A DNA stretch of 64,000 nucleotides. Source: Methanocaldococcus indicus. Its GTDB lineage: Archaea; AGJL01; Methanococci; Methanococcales; Methanocaldococcaceae. A program made the translations under genes and the position numbers. This document shows positions 1-10,878 of the stretch, in pieces (the stretch's first letter is position 1; each line of letters opens with the position of its first letter). The notes below the pieces were generated by a model. That model made no database searches. It worked only from the letters and a program-made list of their open reading frames with translations, and was not told the origin of the DNA. The stretch lies in the NCBI RefSeq assembly GCF_049554935.1, contig NZ_CP186926.1:1248001-1312000 (forward strand). Reading direction: 5' to 3'.

Positions 1-2
1 AT

Positions 3-251
3 GAAAACAAATCTTTAAGTGATGTTTTAGATGATTTATCTTTAATAAAGGTTGTTGGCAGTGATGTGGGATATATTATCTCAAAAAACAAAAAACCTAT
101 ATATGCATTTTTAAAGGACTATGAAGGTAAGAAATCATATAGATTAATAAAAAGTATGTGTTTAGTTGAGGATGTTAAATTTTATATATATCCATTAACA
201 AAAGAAGAACTTAAAGCTTTTGAAATATTTGAAGATAACAAAATAAAGTAA
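3..251 (+). CDS. Hypothetical protein, C-terminal part (5' end outside window); possibly DUF2226-like
   Basis: Frame of ORF 66..251 is open back to position 3 ([26 protein letters not shown]...). Confidence 0.6.
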   Translation, partial: ENKSLSDVLDDLSLIKVVGSDVGYIISKNKKPIYAFLKDYEGKKSYRLIKSMCLVEDVKFYIYPLTKEELKAFEIFEDNKIK

Positions 252-253
252 AT

Positions 254-1099
254 TCAATAAAATTTTATATTTTTTCTTATCAGTTCTTTATATTTCTCTT
301 CATCAGGAACTGTTAAAATCTCTTTTGAAGGTAGTTTTATAGAAGCTCTGAATCCATATTTTTTGGCTATTTCAGTTGCTATTTTGTTATATTTATACAA
401 CTGATTAAATAATTCTTCATTTAATTCAGCATTGTAATCAGCATACTGCAAACAACAACCTTCTCTCCATAAATGCCTATCTCCCACCTCATGAGCTTTC
501 TCAATTTTTAGATTGTAGTATTCTTGAAGCTTTAATATATCTTCATAAGCCAACCTTATCAATGGTCTAAAAAACAAAAGTTTATATTTTTTTGGAACAG
601 GTGTTAGTTCCATTCTATTATAGATAACATCTCCATACTCTAATCTAAGATAGTTCATAACTGCTCCAACTATTCTATCTAATGCAGAATCTCCTGTTAG
701 TATAACTTTTATATTATTCTCTTTTGCAATATCAGCTGTAAAATCTTTCATAATATTTTTACAAATTCTACAAATACTTCCTCCTTTTGCTCCTTTTATC
801 CTTCTTAATAGTTCTTCACTAATATCTTTATAAATAACTGGAATATCAAATTTTTTTGATAGATATTCTACATTTTTCTTTGCTATTTCCCAGCTCCATC
901 TATGATAAAAATGAACTAAATATTTAACATCAATACCACATTCCAAAGCCAATGCAACAGCAACAGCACTATCTTTTCCACCAGAAACCATAGCAATAGC
1001 TTTTTTATCAATATTCTTAAACTGCTCTCTTATCTCATTTTTTAATTGCTCTAAATTATTTAATTTTCTTTTTGTTTTAGTCCATTCTGAAAATTCCAT
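254..1099 (-). CDS. PP-loop superfamily ATPase (QueC/TtcA-like)
   Basis: SGGKDS PP-loop, CxxC (CRIC), FFRPLI, C-terminal GCCL. Confidence 0.8.
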   Translation of the reverse strand: MEFSEWTKTKRKLNNLEQLKNEIREQFKNIDKKAIAMVSGGKDSAVAVALALECGIDVKYLVHFYHRWSWEIAKKNVEYLSKKFDIPVIYKDISEELLRRIKGAKGGSICRICKNIMKDFTADIAKENNIKVILTGDSALDRIVGAVMNYLRLEYGDVIYNRMELTPVPKKYKLLFFRPLIRLAYEDILKLQEYYNLKIEKAHEVGDRHLWREGCCLQYADYNAELNEELFNQLYKYNKIATEIAKKYGFRASIKLPSKEILTVPDEEKYKELIRKNIKFY

Positions 1100-1105
1100 A
1101 AAAAT

Positions 1106-2203
1106 TCACTGAATAATATCTTTTAAAATCTCTAAAAACTCTTTAATTTCTTCAAATGTTCCAATAGATATTCTTACATAGTTATCTCCTAAACCTTCAA
1201 AAGATGAGCAATCTCTTACAATAACACCTCTTTTTAAAAGTTCTTCACAAAAATCTTTTGACTTCATAGTTTTTAGCTCAACCAACAAGTAGTTTGCCTC
1301 AGAAGGATAAACATTAATATCTTTGAATTTTTTAAGTTCTTTGTATAGGTATTCCCTAACTTTTATCCCTTCATTAACACAAAAGTTAAAAAACTTTCTA
1401 TCTCTTAAAGCTCCTATTGCACCTACTTGGCTCAATCTTGTTAAGCTAAATGTAGGTTTAACTCTCATCATATAACTTATTATATTTTCATTAGCTACTC
1501 CATATCCAACTCTTAAACCAGCTAATCCAAATACTTTGGAGAATGTTCTTAAAATTAGGATATTATCATAATCATTAATTTTCTTAGTCCAATCATACTC
1601 TTTTTTAGCATACTCAATATATGCATGGTCAATAACAACTAATGAATTTTCTGCCTCTTCAATTATCTTCTTTATATCTTTATTGTCAATTATATTTCCT
1701 GTTGGATTATTTGGAGAACATAAAAATATTACCTTAGTTTTATTAGTTATTTGACTCAAAACACTATCAACATCTAACTTAAAATCTTTTTCTTTATCAA
1801 ACTTAGCAAATCTTATTTTTGCTGAATAAATATCAGCTAATAATCTATATTGTGTAAATGTAGGAATAGGAATAATTACTTCATCATCTTTATCTACAAA
1901 AGTTTTAAAAATCACATCTAAAATCTCATCAGCTCCATCACCTCCAACAATTATATTTTTTTCATCAACTCCTAAAAATTTACTTAACTCATTCATTAAA
2001 ATTGGATTTATTGGCTCTGGATATTGATGGATATTATCTAATTCATCTAAAATTAATTTTTTGGCTAATTCAGAAGAGCCCCAAGGATTCTCATTAGAAC
2101 CAAGTTTTATAATCTTCTTTAAATTATATCTTCTCATTATTTCCTCTTTTGATTTTCCTGGCACATAAGGTTTTAATTTTTTTACATTTTCTTTAACTTC
2201 CAT
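1106..2203 (-). CDS. hisC: Histidinol-phosphate aminotransferase
   Basis: [34 protein letters not shown]-lysine motif. Confidence 0.95.
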   Translation of the reverse strand: MEVKENVKKLKPYVPGKSKEEIMRRYNLKKIIKLGSNENPWGSSELAKKLILDELDNIHQYPEPINPILMNELSKFLGVDEKNIIVGGDGADEILDVIFKTFVDKDDEVIIPIPTFTQYRLLADIYSAKIRFAKFDKEKDFKLDVDSVLSQITNKTKVIFLCSPNNPTGNIIDNKDIKKIIEEAENSLVVIDHAYIEYAKKEYDWTKKINDYDNILILRTFSKVFGLAGLRVGYGVANENIISYMMRVKPTFSLTRLSQVGAIGALRDRKFFNFCVNEGIKVREYLYKELKKFKDINVYPSEANYLLVELKTMKSKDFCEELLKRGVIVRDCSSFEGLGDNYVRISIGTFEEIKEFLEILKDIIQ

Positions 2204-2324
2204 ATTTACTCTCCTCCACCAACTGGATATAAACTATTATCAATCTATAATTAAAAAGCTTAATGAATTTTTGAAGTTATTAAAAATTTTGATAACTAAA
2301 AATAAATATTTACTCTACACAAAT

Positions 2325-2746
2325 AGAGGTTGTCGAAAAAACATAAAATGTGGAGTAAAGTAATAAAAAATATGAGCAGAGGAAAATACAAAAAAAGACA
2401 ATGATACTGGAAAATATATGATAGAAAATAGGAAATAATAATATAGTATAGTAATGTTATAATAAACTTTATTTTAGGTATTATAAATAATTTATGTAAA
2501 GAAAATCCCAAAAAATCTGAGAATTTTTAATGAAGAGAATATATAAACTTAGAGGGGTCATTAAAGCGAGATTTAGAGGCTTTGAAACAAAAGACAGACT
2601 AAAATTAAACGAGAAATTAGAAAAAAGTAAAGACATTTATTTATTATCAACCACAATTTCTCATAATATCTTATCACTTGCTTATATGGTCTAATCTACC
2701 AATATTATTAAATTTTTTTCCTTCTTATAATTTTTCGATAACCTCT
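2325..2746 (+). mobile_element. Degenerate, internally deleted IS / MITE-like element (IS5/IS4-type remnant)
   Basis: 16-bp terminal inverted repeats, 15/16 match (AGAGGTTGTCGAAAAA 2325-2340; TTTTTCGATAACCTCT 2731-2746); internal 54-codon ORF 2530-2694 with YKLRGVIKARFRGFETK...HNI, resembling the decayed C-terminal helix of DDE transposases. Confidence 0.7.
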
Positions 2747-2803
2747 GCTATACCCAAAGTTTTAAATGAATATGTTTGATTAATTATTAAAAAAATAATT
2801 TAA

Positions 2804-3445
2804 TTATTTAAATTTAATTGCTTTTTTTCTACATACCGAATAGCATTCAAAACATCTTATACATTCCATCTGATTTATATTTTCAGTCAATTTTATTTGC
2901 ATAGGACATTTAAATTCACACAATCTACATTTTACACATCTATCAAAATCTATCCTTAACTTTACTACTGAAATTTTAGAGAATAAACTCAATAATGCTC
3001 CAACAGGACAAATATATCTGCAAAAAAATCTTGGAATGTAGAAAGATAGTACCATAAATACTACTAATAAAAATACTCCTAAAACTAACATTTTAAATTT
3101 TATTCCAATAACAAATAATATAGTTATCATTACTAATACAAAGTATTTTATATAAATTAGTTTATTGTGAAGTTTATCATCAATTTTTGGAAGTTTTCTT
3201 AATTTGGATATTTTGACTCTTAACTTATATGATAAATCAAACAAAAATCCAAATGGACACATCCATCCACAATAAACCCTACCAAATATTAAAGCTAAAA
3301 CAACAGGAATAACAATCAAATAACTTAGATAAGAATACATAAATCTAATAATACTCAAATTAAACTTATTGACTAATAAGTATCTAATAAAGAATATTGA
3401 TTGTGAGATTCTTCTAATTGTTTGAAGTTTCATAATCTCTACCAT
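2804..3445 (-). CDS. NapH/MauN-type membrane 4Fe-4S ferredoxin protein
   Basis: GRVYCGWMCPFG, FCRYICPVG, two CxxCxxCxxxC clusters, TM segments. Confidence 0.85.
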   Translation of the reverse strand: MVEIMKLQTIRRISQSIFFIRYLLVNKFNLSIIRFMYSYLSYLIVIPVVLALIFGRVYCGWMCPFGFLFDLSYKLRVKISKLRKLPKIDDKLHNKLIYIKYFVLVMITILFVIGIKFKMLVLGVFLLVVFMVLSFYIPRFFCRYICPVGALLSLFSKISVVKLRIDFDRCVKCRLCEFKCPMQIKLTENINQMECIRCFECYSVCRKKAIKFK

Positions 3446-3564
3446 CTCTAAAATTAAATTTATTTTATTTATCTATTTATGTTGCTCTTAATTATAAATA
3501 GCTATTTATGTTTATCTCATCCAAATTTGATATAAAAATTCATAAAAAGTAATAAGGTGGTAGT

Positions 3565-5328
3565 TTGAGATTAGCTATTATAGATTATGAAAGATGTCAG
3601 CCAAAAAAATGCTCATTGGAATGTATAAAGTACTGTCCAGGAGTAAGAATGGGAGAGAAAACTATTGAATTAGATGAAAAAACAGGAAAACCTGTAATAT
3701 CAGAGGTTTTATGTTCAGGATGTGGGATTTGTGTAAAAAAATGTCCATTTAAGGCAATATCAATAATTGGACTTCCTGAAGAGTTAGGAGAGGATAAGAT
3801 AGTTCATTCCTATGGACAGAATAGATTTAAATTGTTTGGATTAGTTGTGCCAAGAGAGGGTGTAGTTGGAATTATAGGACAGAATGCAATAGGTAAATCT
3901 ACTGTTATAAGGATTTTAGCTGGAGAATTAATTCCTAATTTAGGAAAGCATGATGAAAATATAAGTTATGATGATGTTATTAAATATTTTAGAGGGACTG
4001 AACTACAAAGTTATTTTGAACTTTTAAAAGAAAAAAAGATAAAGCCAATTCATAAAGTTCAGTATGTTGATATTCTACCTAAGGTTGTTAAAGGTAAGGT
4101 CGGGGAGTTGTTAAAGAAAGTGGATGAAAAAGGGATGTTTGACTATGTTGTTGAAAAGCTTGAATTAAAAAATATCTTGGATAGAGAGTTGTCTCAACTT
4201 TCAGGAGGAGAGTTGCAAAGAGTTGCTATTGCTGCTGCTTATTTAAGAGAAGGAGATATATACTTCTTTGATGAGCCCACATCTTGGTTAGATGTCAAAC
4301 AAAGGTTTAATATGGCTAAGTTGGTTAGAGAACTCAATAGAGTTGTAGTTGTTGAGCATGACTTAATTGTTTTAGATTACTTATCAGATTTTGTTCATAT
4401 CATGTATGGAGTTCCAGGAGCTTATGGGATAGTTTCCTTACCTAAAAGTGTAAGAGTTGGAATAAATGAATATCTCTATGGAGAACTAAAAGAGGAAAAT
4501 ATAAGGTTTAGGAAAGAACCTATAATTTTTGAGAAAAGGGCTGTTATTGATTACAAAAATAGACCTACTCTTTTAACTTACTCATCTATAAAAAAGAGTT
4601 TAGGAAGTTTTAAGTTGGAAGTTGAAGGAGGAACAATATATAAAGGGGAGGTTATAGGCATTTTAGGACCTAATGGAATAGGTAAAACAACATTTATAAA
4701 GTTGTTGGCAAATGTTATAACTCCTGATGAGGGAGAAGTTATTAAAGATAAAGATATTAAAGTATCTTACAAACCTCAGTATATAACTCCTGATTATGAT
4801 GGAACTGTTGAGGATTTATTATCTCAGGTGGCAAATATACACTCTTCCTACTATAAAACAGAAATATTAAATCCACTTCAATTAGAGAAGTTGTTAGATA
4901 GGGAAGTTAAAGAACTCTCAGGAGGAGAGTTGCAAAGAGTTGCTATTGCATTATGTTTAAGTAGAGATGCTGATATCTATTTATTAGATGAGCCCTCTGC
5001 TTTCTTAGATATTGAACAAAGATTAGCAGTCTCAAAAGTAATTAGAAGGACAGCAGATGAAAAAGAAGCAGGGATTTTTGTTGTTGACCACGATATTCTC
5101 TTCCAAGATTATATATCTGATAGATTTATAGTATTTAGTGGAGAACCAGGAAAGTATGGTAAAGGTAGCTCTCCACTAAATAAAAGAGAAGGTGCTAATA
5201 GATTCTTAAAAGAGATGAATGTAACATTTAGAAGAGACCCAGAAACTGGAAGACCAAGGGCTAATAAAGAAGGTAGCCAAAGAGACAAAATACAAAAAGA
5301 AAAAGGAGAATACTACTATGAAGAGTAA
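3565..5328 (+). CDS. rli: Ribosome recycling ABC ATPase ABCE1/Rli1
   Basis: N-terminal FeS domain (CQPKKCSLECIKYCP), two NBDs with LSGGELQRVAIA; TTG start after GGTGG. Confidence 0.97.
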   Translation: MRLAIIDYERCQPKKCSLECIKYCPGVRMGEKTIELDEKTGKPVISEVLCSGCGICVKKCPFKAISIIGLPEELGEDKIVHSYGQNRFKLFGLVVPREGVVGIIGQNAIGKSTVIRILAGELIPNLGKHDENISYDDVIKYFRGTELQSYFELLKEKKIKPIHKVQYVDILPKVVKGKVGELLKKVDEKGMFDYVVEKLELKNILDRELSQLSGGELQRVAIAAAYLREGDIYFFDEPTSWLDVKQRFNMAKLVRELNRVVVVEHDLIVLDYLSDFVHIMYGVPGAYGIVSLPKSVRVGINEYLYGELKEENIRFRKEPIIFEKRAVIDYKNRPTLLTYSSIKKSLGSFKLEVEGGTIYKGEVIGILGPNGIGKTTFIKLLANVITPDEGEVIKDKDIKVSYKPQYITPDYDGTVEDLLSQVANIHSSYYKTEILNPLQLEKLLDREVKELSGGELQRVAIALCLSRDADIYLLDEPSAFLDIEQRLAVSKVIRRTADEKEAGIFVVDHDILFQDYISDRFIVFSGEPGKYGKGSSPLNKREGANRFLKEMNVTFRRDPETGRPRANKEGSQRDKIQKEKGEYYYEE

Positions 5329-5776
5329 GAAGGTTTTAGCTGCAGGAACTTTTGATATTCTTCATCCTGGACACTATGAATATTTAAGGTATGCTAAAAG
5401 TTTAGGGGATGAGTTAGTTGTTGTTATTGCAAGAGATAAAACAGTTGAAAAAATAAAAGGTAGAAAACCAATAATTCCAGAAGAACAAAGAAGATTTATG
5501 GTTGAGGCACTAAAACCAGTTGATAGAGCAATTTTAGGTAGTATAAATAATATGTTTGAACCAATTATTAAAGAAAAGCCTGATATTATAGTTTTAGGTC
5601 CTGACCAGGAAACTTTTAAAGAAGAAGAATTAAAACAAAAATTAAAAAATTTTGGTTTAGATGTTGAGGTTGTTAGATTTAAAAATTATATAAGATGTCC
5701 ATTCCATAGTTCCTATGATATTGTAAAAGAAATATTAAGAAGGTTTAATAAATGCTACCAAGAGAAGAAGCAATAA
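5318..5776 (+). CDS. ribL: FAD synthase (cytidylyltransferase family)
   Basis: GTFDILHPGH, IVLGPDQ, C-terminal CPFHSS. Confidence 0.85.
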   Translation: MKSKKVLAAGTFDILHPGHYEYLRYAKSLGDELVVVIARDKTVEKIKGRKPIIPEEQRRFMVEALKPVDRAILGSINNMFEPIIKEKPDIIVLGPDQETFKEEELKQKLKNFGLDVEVVRFKNYIRCPFHSSYDIVKEILRRFNKCYQEKKQ

Positions 5777-6801
5777 GAATAATAAAAAAATATATTCCAA
5801 GATATAACTTAAATAATGAAGAAGATATAAAAAAACAACTTTTAAGAGAGTTAATTAAGAACAACTTACTAATAAAAACTGATGATAATACATATACACT
5901 TCCAACTTATGGAGAATTAATGCATTCTAAGGTTGGAGCTTTAACTGAAAGTATATATAAATTTGCAATTCCTTCAAAAATAAAATTTAAAAATAAACCT
6001 AAAATTTTAGATTTATGCTCAGGTTTAACATACAATGCAGTTGCAGCTCTTCATTACAATATTGAGAGTAGAATTGACTTAGTAGAGATTTGTGAAGAAG
6101 TTCTTTTCCTTTCTATATTTTTAGATATTCCTTTAAAAGAGCATGAAATTGTTAAAGATAAAATAAGAGAATACTTTTTAAATAAAAGAGGGATTGAATA
6201 CACATCTTCATATAACAATATAACTGTAAATGTTGTTGATGCAAGAGAATTTATTAAATCAAAAAGATTAGAGTATGATGTTATTTTTCATGATGCTTTC
6301 TCTCCTAAAAGAGACCCTACATTATACACCTTAAATTTTTTAAATAATTTATATAAATCTATGAAAAAGAATTCAGTTTTATTGTCTTATTCATCCTCTA
6401 TCCCATTCAGAGCTGGTTTGGTTGAAAGCAACTTCTATATAACTGAGGAAAAAAGTATAGGGAGAAAAAGAGGAATTACTTTGGCATATAAAAACTATAA
6501 TGAAGGTAGAATAAATTTAGTGGATGAAAGAGTTATAGCTTTATCTATCAATTCAATTCCTTATATAGGGAATGAGAAAGAAGAAATTATTAAAAATAGA
6601 GAAAAACTGAAAGAGAAATTAAAAGATAAGCTTATAAAAATGAATAAATATATATCCACAAAAAGAATTAAGAGAGGAGCTATTCCAGAGCATATTTTAG
6701 ATATTCAGAAAGAAAATTTAAACTCAACACTAATTATAAAAAAGATAAGAGAATACTATTTTAATGAGAGTAGTATTTTAAATATACTGGTGGAAGAATG
6801 A
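5752..6801 (+). CDS. MnmC-N-like SAM-dependent methyltransferase
   Basis: GELMHS, ILDLCSGL SAM motif, IFHDAFSP. Confidence 0.8.
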   Translation: MLPREEAIRIIKKYIPRYNLNNEEDIKKQLLRELIKNNLLIKTDDNTYTLPTYGELMHSKVGALTESIYKFAIPSKIKFKNKPKILDLCSGLTYNAVAALHYNIESRIDLVEICEEVLFLSIFLDIPLKEHEIVKDKIREYFLNKRGIEYTSSYNNITVNVVDAREFIKSKRLEYDVIFHDAFSPKRDPTLYTLNFLNNLYKSMKKNSVLLSYSSSIPFRAGLVESNFYITEEKSIGRKRGITLAYKNYNEGRINLVDERVIALSINSIPYIGNEKEEIIKNREKLKEKLKDKLIKMNKYISTKRIKRGAIPEHILDIQKENLNSTLIIKKIREYYFNESSILNILVEE

Positions 6802-7445
6802 AAGTTAAAGATTTAATGGATAAAAATTTTGTTAAGATTTATGAGGATTATAGAATTATTGATGCAATAGAAAAACTAAAAAAGAAAAAAAGATTTTCTG
6901 CACCAATATTAAATAAAGAAGATAAATTAATTGGGTGGATAACTACTTTAGAATTGTTGGGATTAAAAGAAAAAGAATTTAATGAAAATATAACTAAAAT
7001 TATGCTTCCTAAGGAAGATGTTATTTATGTTTATGAAGATGATGAAGCAAGAGATGTAGTTTTAAAGTTTGTTAAATATAAAGTTGTTAGTATTCCTGTA
7101 TTGTCAAGAGATGGTAGAGTTGTAGGAATGGTTAGAAATTGTGATATTGTTAAGACATTAGCTAAGCTTTATGAGATTCCTGTCTATAAAATTTTTAAAG
7201 AGCTCCATAACTATCTTAAAGATGTTAGTTGGGAAGAATTAATGGAAGCAGCTGCAATAGTAACAAAGAAAACAACTGGGAAAGATATAACTCCAAAAGA
7301 ATATGAGGAAATAATTAAAAAAACAACATTTGGAAAAGCTATATGGGAATGTGGAGGTTTAGAGAAGTTCTTTGTTGGATTAGTTGAGATTGGAATGGTT
7401 GCATTAGCAAGAAAATTGGCAAAAGCCAGAGGGAAAAAAGCATGA
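6798..7445 (+). CDS. CBS domain protein
   Basis: MKVKDLM..., paired CBS motifs (IPVLSRDGRVVGMV). Confidence 0.85.
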   Translation: MKVKDLMDKNFVKIYEDYRIIDAIEKLKKKKRFSAPILNKEDKLIGWITTLELLGLKEKEFNENITKIMLPKEDVIYVYEDDEARDVVLKFVKYKVVSIPVLSRDGRVVGMVRNCDIVKTLAKLYEIPVYKIFKELHNYLKDVSWEELMEAAAIVTKKTTGKDITPKEYEEIIKKTTFGKAIWECGGLEKFFVGLVEIGMVALARKLAKARGKKA

Positions 7446-7837
7446 ATATTAAAGAGGAATTAGAAAAAATAATTTATAGAAAAGATTATGATTTATGGAA
7501 ATTCTTAGAGAAAGCTTATGAGAAAAATATAAAGTTGGATTTTGGTCATTTTATCCTTTTAAATATTTTAATTGGAATAAATGAATTATATTCTAAATTA
7601 ATAGAAAAGTATGGAAAAGACAAAGCCAAAGAGATTTTAGAAAATTCAGATATTTTTGTAAAAAATACTGACTTTATTTCAGGAGAATTTTTAAAGAGTT
7701 ATATAAATAGAAAGAGTAGAGTGGCTGTTCATAATAGAATTAGTGATTTAAAAAAATTAGGTTTTGTTATAGAGAGTAAAACTGGCCCTTATGGAGGCTA
7801 TAAGTTAATAGACACTCCAGAATGGTTTAAAAATTAA
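7442..7837 (+). CDS. Hypothetical protein with C-terminal winged HTH
   Basis: SRVAVHNRISDLKKLGFVIESKTGPYGGYKL, BirA/HTH_11-like. Confidence 0.65.
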   Translation: MNIKEELEKIIYRKDYDLWKFLEKAYEKNIKLDFGHFILLNILIGINELYSKLIEKYGKDKAKEILENSDIFVKNTDFISGEFLKSYINRKSRVAVHNRISDLKKLGFVIESKTGPYGGYKLIDTPEWFKN

Positions 7838-7847
7838 AGGTGGGATT

Positions 7848-8645
7848 TTGGACATTTTAATAGTTAATGATGATGGAATATATTCTCCTTCATTAGTTTC
7901 TCTTTACAAAGCTTTAAAAGAAAAATTTAAAAATGCAAATATAACAATAGTAGCTCCAACAAATCAGCAGAGTGGTATTGGGAGGGCTATAAGTTTATTT
8001 GAGCCATTAAGAATGACTAAGGTAAAGTTAGATAAAGATATCTATGGTTATGCTGTTTCAGGAACTCCAACAGATTGTGTTATCTTAGGAATATATCAAA
8101 TCTTAAAGAAAGTTCCTGATTTGGTTATATCTGGAATAAACATAGGTGAAAATTTAGGAACTGAAATTATGACCTCTGGAACATTAGGAGCAGCTTTTGA
8201 AGCAGCACATCATGGAGCTAAGGCATTAGCTTCTTCATTACAAATGACTACTGATGACTTTAAATTTAGTGAGTTATCTATTCCAATAGATTTTACAATT
8301 CCTGCTAAAATAACAGCTGAGATTGCTGAAAAATATTTAAAATATGATTTACCTTGTGATGTCTTAAATTTAAATATTCCTGAAAAAGCTAATTTAAATA
8401 CACCAGTTGAAATTACAAGATTAGCTAAAAAAATGTACTCTACACATGTAGAAGAGAGAAAAGACCCAAGAGGTAGGCCATACTATTGGATAGATGGATA
8501 TCCAATTTTTGAAGAAGAGGAAGATACTGATGTATATGTTCTAAGAAGAAAAGGACATATATCCATAACCCCACTAACATTAGATACAACAATAAAAAAT
8601 ATAGATGAATTTAGAAAAAAATATAAAGATATTTTAAAAATTTAA
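7848..8645 (+). CDS. surE: 5'/3'-nucleotidase SurE
   Basis: ILIVNDDG, GTPTDCV, SGINIGENLG, SGTLGAA. Confidence 0.96.
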   Translation: MDILIVNDDGIYSPSLVSLYKALKEKFKNANITIVAPTNQQSGIGRAISLFEPLRMTKVKLDKDIYGYAVSGTPTDCVILGIYQILKKVPDLVISGINIGENLGTEIMTSGTLGAAFEAAHHGAKALASSLQMTTDDFKFSELSIPIDFTIPAKITAEIAEKYLKYDLPCDVLNLNIPEKANLNTPVEITRLAKKMYSTHVEERKDPRGRPYYWIDGYPIFEEEEDTDVYVLRRKGHISITPLTLDTTIKNIDEFRKKYKDILKI

Positions 8646-8661
8646 ATTTTTGTGGAATGTT

Positions 8662-9792
8662 ATGCTAAAAACTGAAAATTTATCAGTTGGTTATGGAAAT
8701 TATGTAGTTATAAAAGATATAAATTTAGAAATTAATAAAGGAGAAATATTATGTATAATTGGGCCTAATGGAGCAGGAAAATCAACATTATTAAAGACAA
8801 TTGCATCTTACTTAAAACCATTAAGTGGAGTTGTATATTTAAATGGAAAGATTGTTCATAATTTAAAACCAAAAGATTTAGCCAAAGAAATGGCTGTAGT
8901 TTTGACTGAAAGAGTAAATCCTGGAAATTTAACAGGATTTGATATTATAGCCATTGGAAGATATCCATATACTGATATATTTGGACGATTATCAAAAAGA
9001 GATAAAGAAATAATATATGAAAGCGCCAAATTAGTAAATGCTACTCATTTGTTAGAAAAAAATTTCTTTGAAATGAGTGATGGAGAAAAACAAAAAATTA
9101 TGATTGCAAGAGCTTTAGCTCAAGAGCCTAAAATTTTAATCTTAGATGAACCAACTACTTTTTTAGATGCTAATCATAAGATAGAGATAACTCTGTTGTT
9201 AAGAAAATTAGCAACTGAAAAAAAATTAGCAATAATTGTAACACTTCATGATATTGAGCTGGCTTTAAGGATTGCTGATAAGATGGTGCTAATTAAAGAC
9301 AATAAAATTATGGCTTATGGTTATCCTGAAAATATTATGAAAAGAGAAACTGTAAATAAACTTTATGATTTGAAAAGAGCAAATTATTCAGAGATTATTG
9401 GATATTTTGAATTAAAATCAAACCCAAAAAAAGATTTAAAAATTTTTGTTATTTGTGGAGGGGGTAGTGGAGCCAATGTTTTGAGATATTTAGTAAAAAA
9501 TGGATATAATGTAGTAGTTGGAGTTTTACATAAAAATGATGCTGATTATTTTATAGCTGAAACAATGAACTTAAAAATCATTGAAGAAGATGCATATAAT
9601 CCAATTACTGATGAAAATTTTGATAAAGCTGTAAATGAAATAAAAACATGTGATATAGTAGTTTGCACTAATTTTCCAATAGGTGAAATAAATAAAAAAA
9701 ATTTAGAGCTTATTGAAATAAGTAAAAAATTAGGGAAAAAAATTATTTTTTATGATGGAGATATTTCAGTATTTAAAAATGTTCTAAAATAA
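8662..9792 (+). CDS. Iron-chelate/cobalamin ABC transporter ATP-binding subunit
   Basis: GPNGAGKS, MSDGEKQK, LDEPT; ATG at 8662 preferred. Confidence 0.9.
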   Translation: MLKTENLSVGYGNYVVIKDINLEINKGEILCIIGPNGAGKSTLLKTIASYLKPLSGVVYLNGKIVHNLKPKDLAKEMAVVLTERVNPGNLTGFDIIAIGRYPYTDIFGRLSKRDKEIIYESAKLVNATHLLEKNFFEMSDGEKQKIMIARALAQEPKILILDEPTTFLDANHKIEITLLLRKLATEKKLAIIVTLHDIELALRIADKMVLIKDNKIMAYGYPENIMKRETVNKLYDLKRANYSEIIGYFELKSNPKKDLKIFVICGGGSGANVLRYLVKNGYNVVVGVLHKNDADYFIAETMNLKIIEEDAYNPITDENFDKAVNEIKTCDIVVCTNFPIGEINKKNLELIEISKKLGKKIIFYDGDISVFKNVLK

Positions 9793-9822
9793 TAATTATT
9801 TATAGTAATTTTTGGTGTATTT

Positions 9823-10878
9823 ATGAAATTCAAAAGATACATAGTATTGCTAATAATTCTAAATATTGTGCTGGTTATACTTTCAATTTATAGTATATTA
9901 TTAGGTACTATTCCTATAAAAAGTGGAGAATTATTTAACTATCTATTAAAAGGTACTACTGGAAACATTATTAAAGATAAAATAATAGGTATATTAAGAT
10001 TACCAAGAACTATTGGAGCAATAACTGCTGGAATGGCTATTGCATTAGCTGGTGTTTTAATGCAAGGATATTTTAGAAATCCATTAGCAGACCCTTATTT
10101 AATGGGAGTTGCCAGTGGAGCATCATTAGGAACTGTTCTATATATATTTACCAGCACACTTTTTAAATTTGGAATTCCACACAATATATATGGTTTTATC
10201 ATTTCAGCATATATTGGTTCTATAATAACAATGTATATTGTAATAAATATTGCAAAGATTGTTAAACAACTCTCAACATTATTAATTTGTGGATTAATGA
10301 TTGGAGCAGTAGTTTCAGGGCTTACTACAATTGTTATATATTTGAATAGCTATTTTAGTGGAGAGAATCATAATTTATCAAGCTATTTAGTATGGGAAAT
10401 GGGTTCAGTAAGTAATTTAACATGGGATATGATAATATTAATGGCTATAATAATTTTTCCAGTTTCTGTAATAACCTATATTTTCTTATCAAAAAAATTA
10501 GATGCCTATTTATTAGGAGAATACTATGCATTAAGTGTTGGTATTGATACAAAATATTTAAGAAAATGGCTAATTATTCTATCTTGTATTTTAACTGCAA
10601 CAGTTGTTGCTTTTACAGGACCTATTGCATTTATTGGAGTAATATGTCCTATAATTGCAAGATTAATTTGTGGAACTTCAAAACATGTCTATGTAATTCC
10701 AATAGCTATGCTTTTAGGAGCAATATTTTTAGTTTTTGCAGATATATTAACAAGACCTGGAGTTTTAATTCCATTATCATCAAATCCATTACCCTTACTT
10801 TGTCCATTGTCAATTGTTGGAGCTCCAATTGCTATTTTTATATATCTAAAAACAAGAAAAGGGACTATAAATGAATAG
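9823..10878 (+). CDS. FecCD/BtuC-family ABC permease
   Basis: [28 protein letters not shown]. Confidence 0.92.
   Translation: MKFKRYIVLLIILNIVLVILSIYSILLGTIPIKSGELFNYLLKGTTGNIIKDKIIGILRLPRTIGAITAGMAIALAGVLMQGYFRNPLADPYLMGVASGASLGTVLYIFTSTLFKFGIPHNIYGFIISAYIGSIITMYIVINIAKIVKQLSTLLICGLMIGAVVSGLTTIVIYLNSYFSGENHNLSSYLVWEMGSVSNLTWDMIILMAIIIFPVSVITYIFLSKKLDAYLLGEYYALSVGIDTKYLRKWLIILSCILTATVVAFTGPIAFIGVICPIIARLICGTSKHVYVIPIAMLLGAIFLVFADILTRPGVLIPLSSNPLPLLCPLSIVGAPIAIFIYLKTRKGTINE

Noticed and set aside
2296-2511. 71-aa hydrophobic minus-strand ORF
   Set aside because: Reverse complement of A-rich DNA overlapping the IS remnant; no RBS
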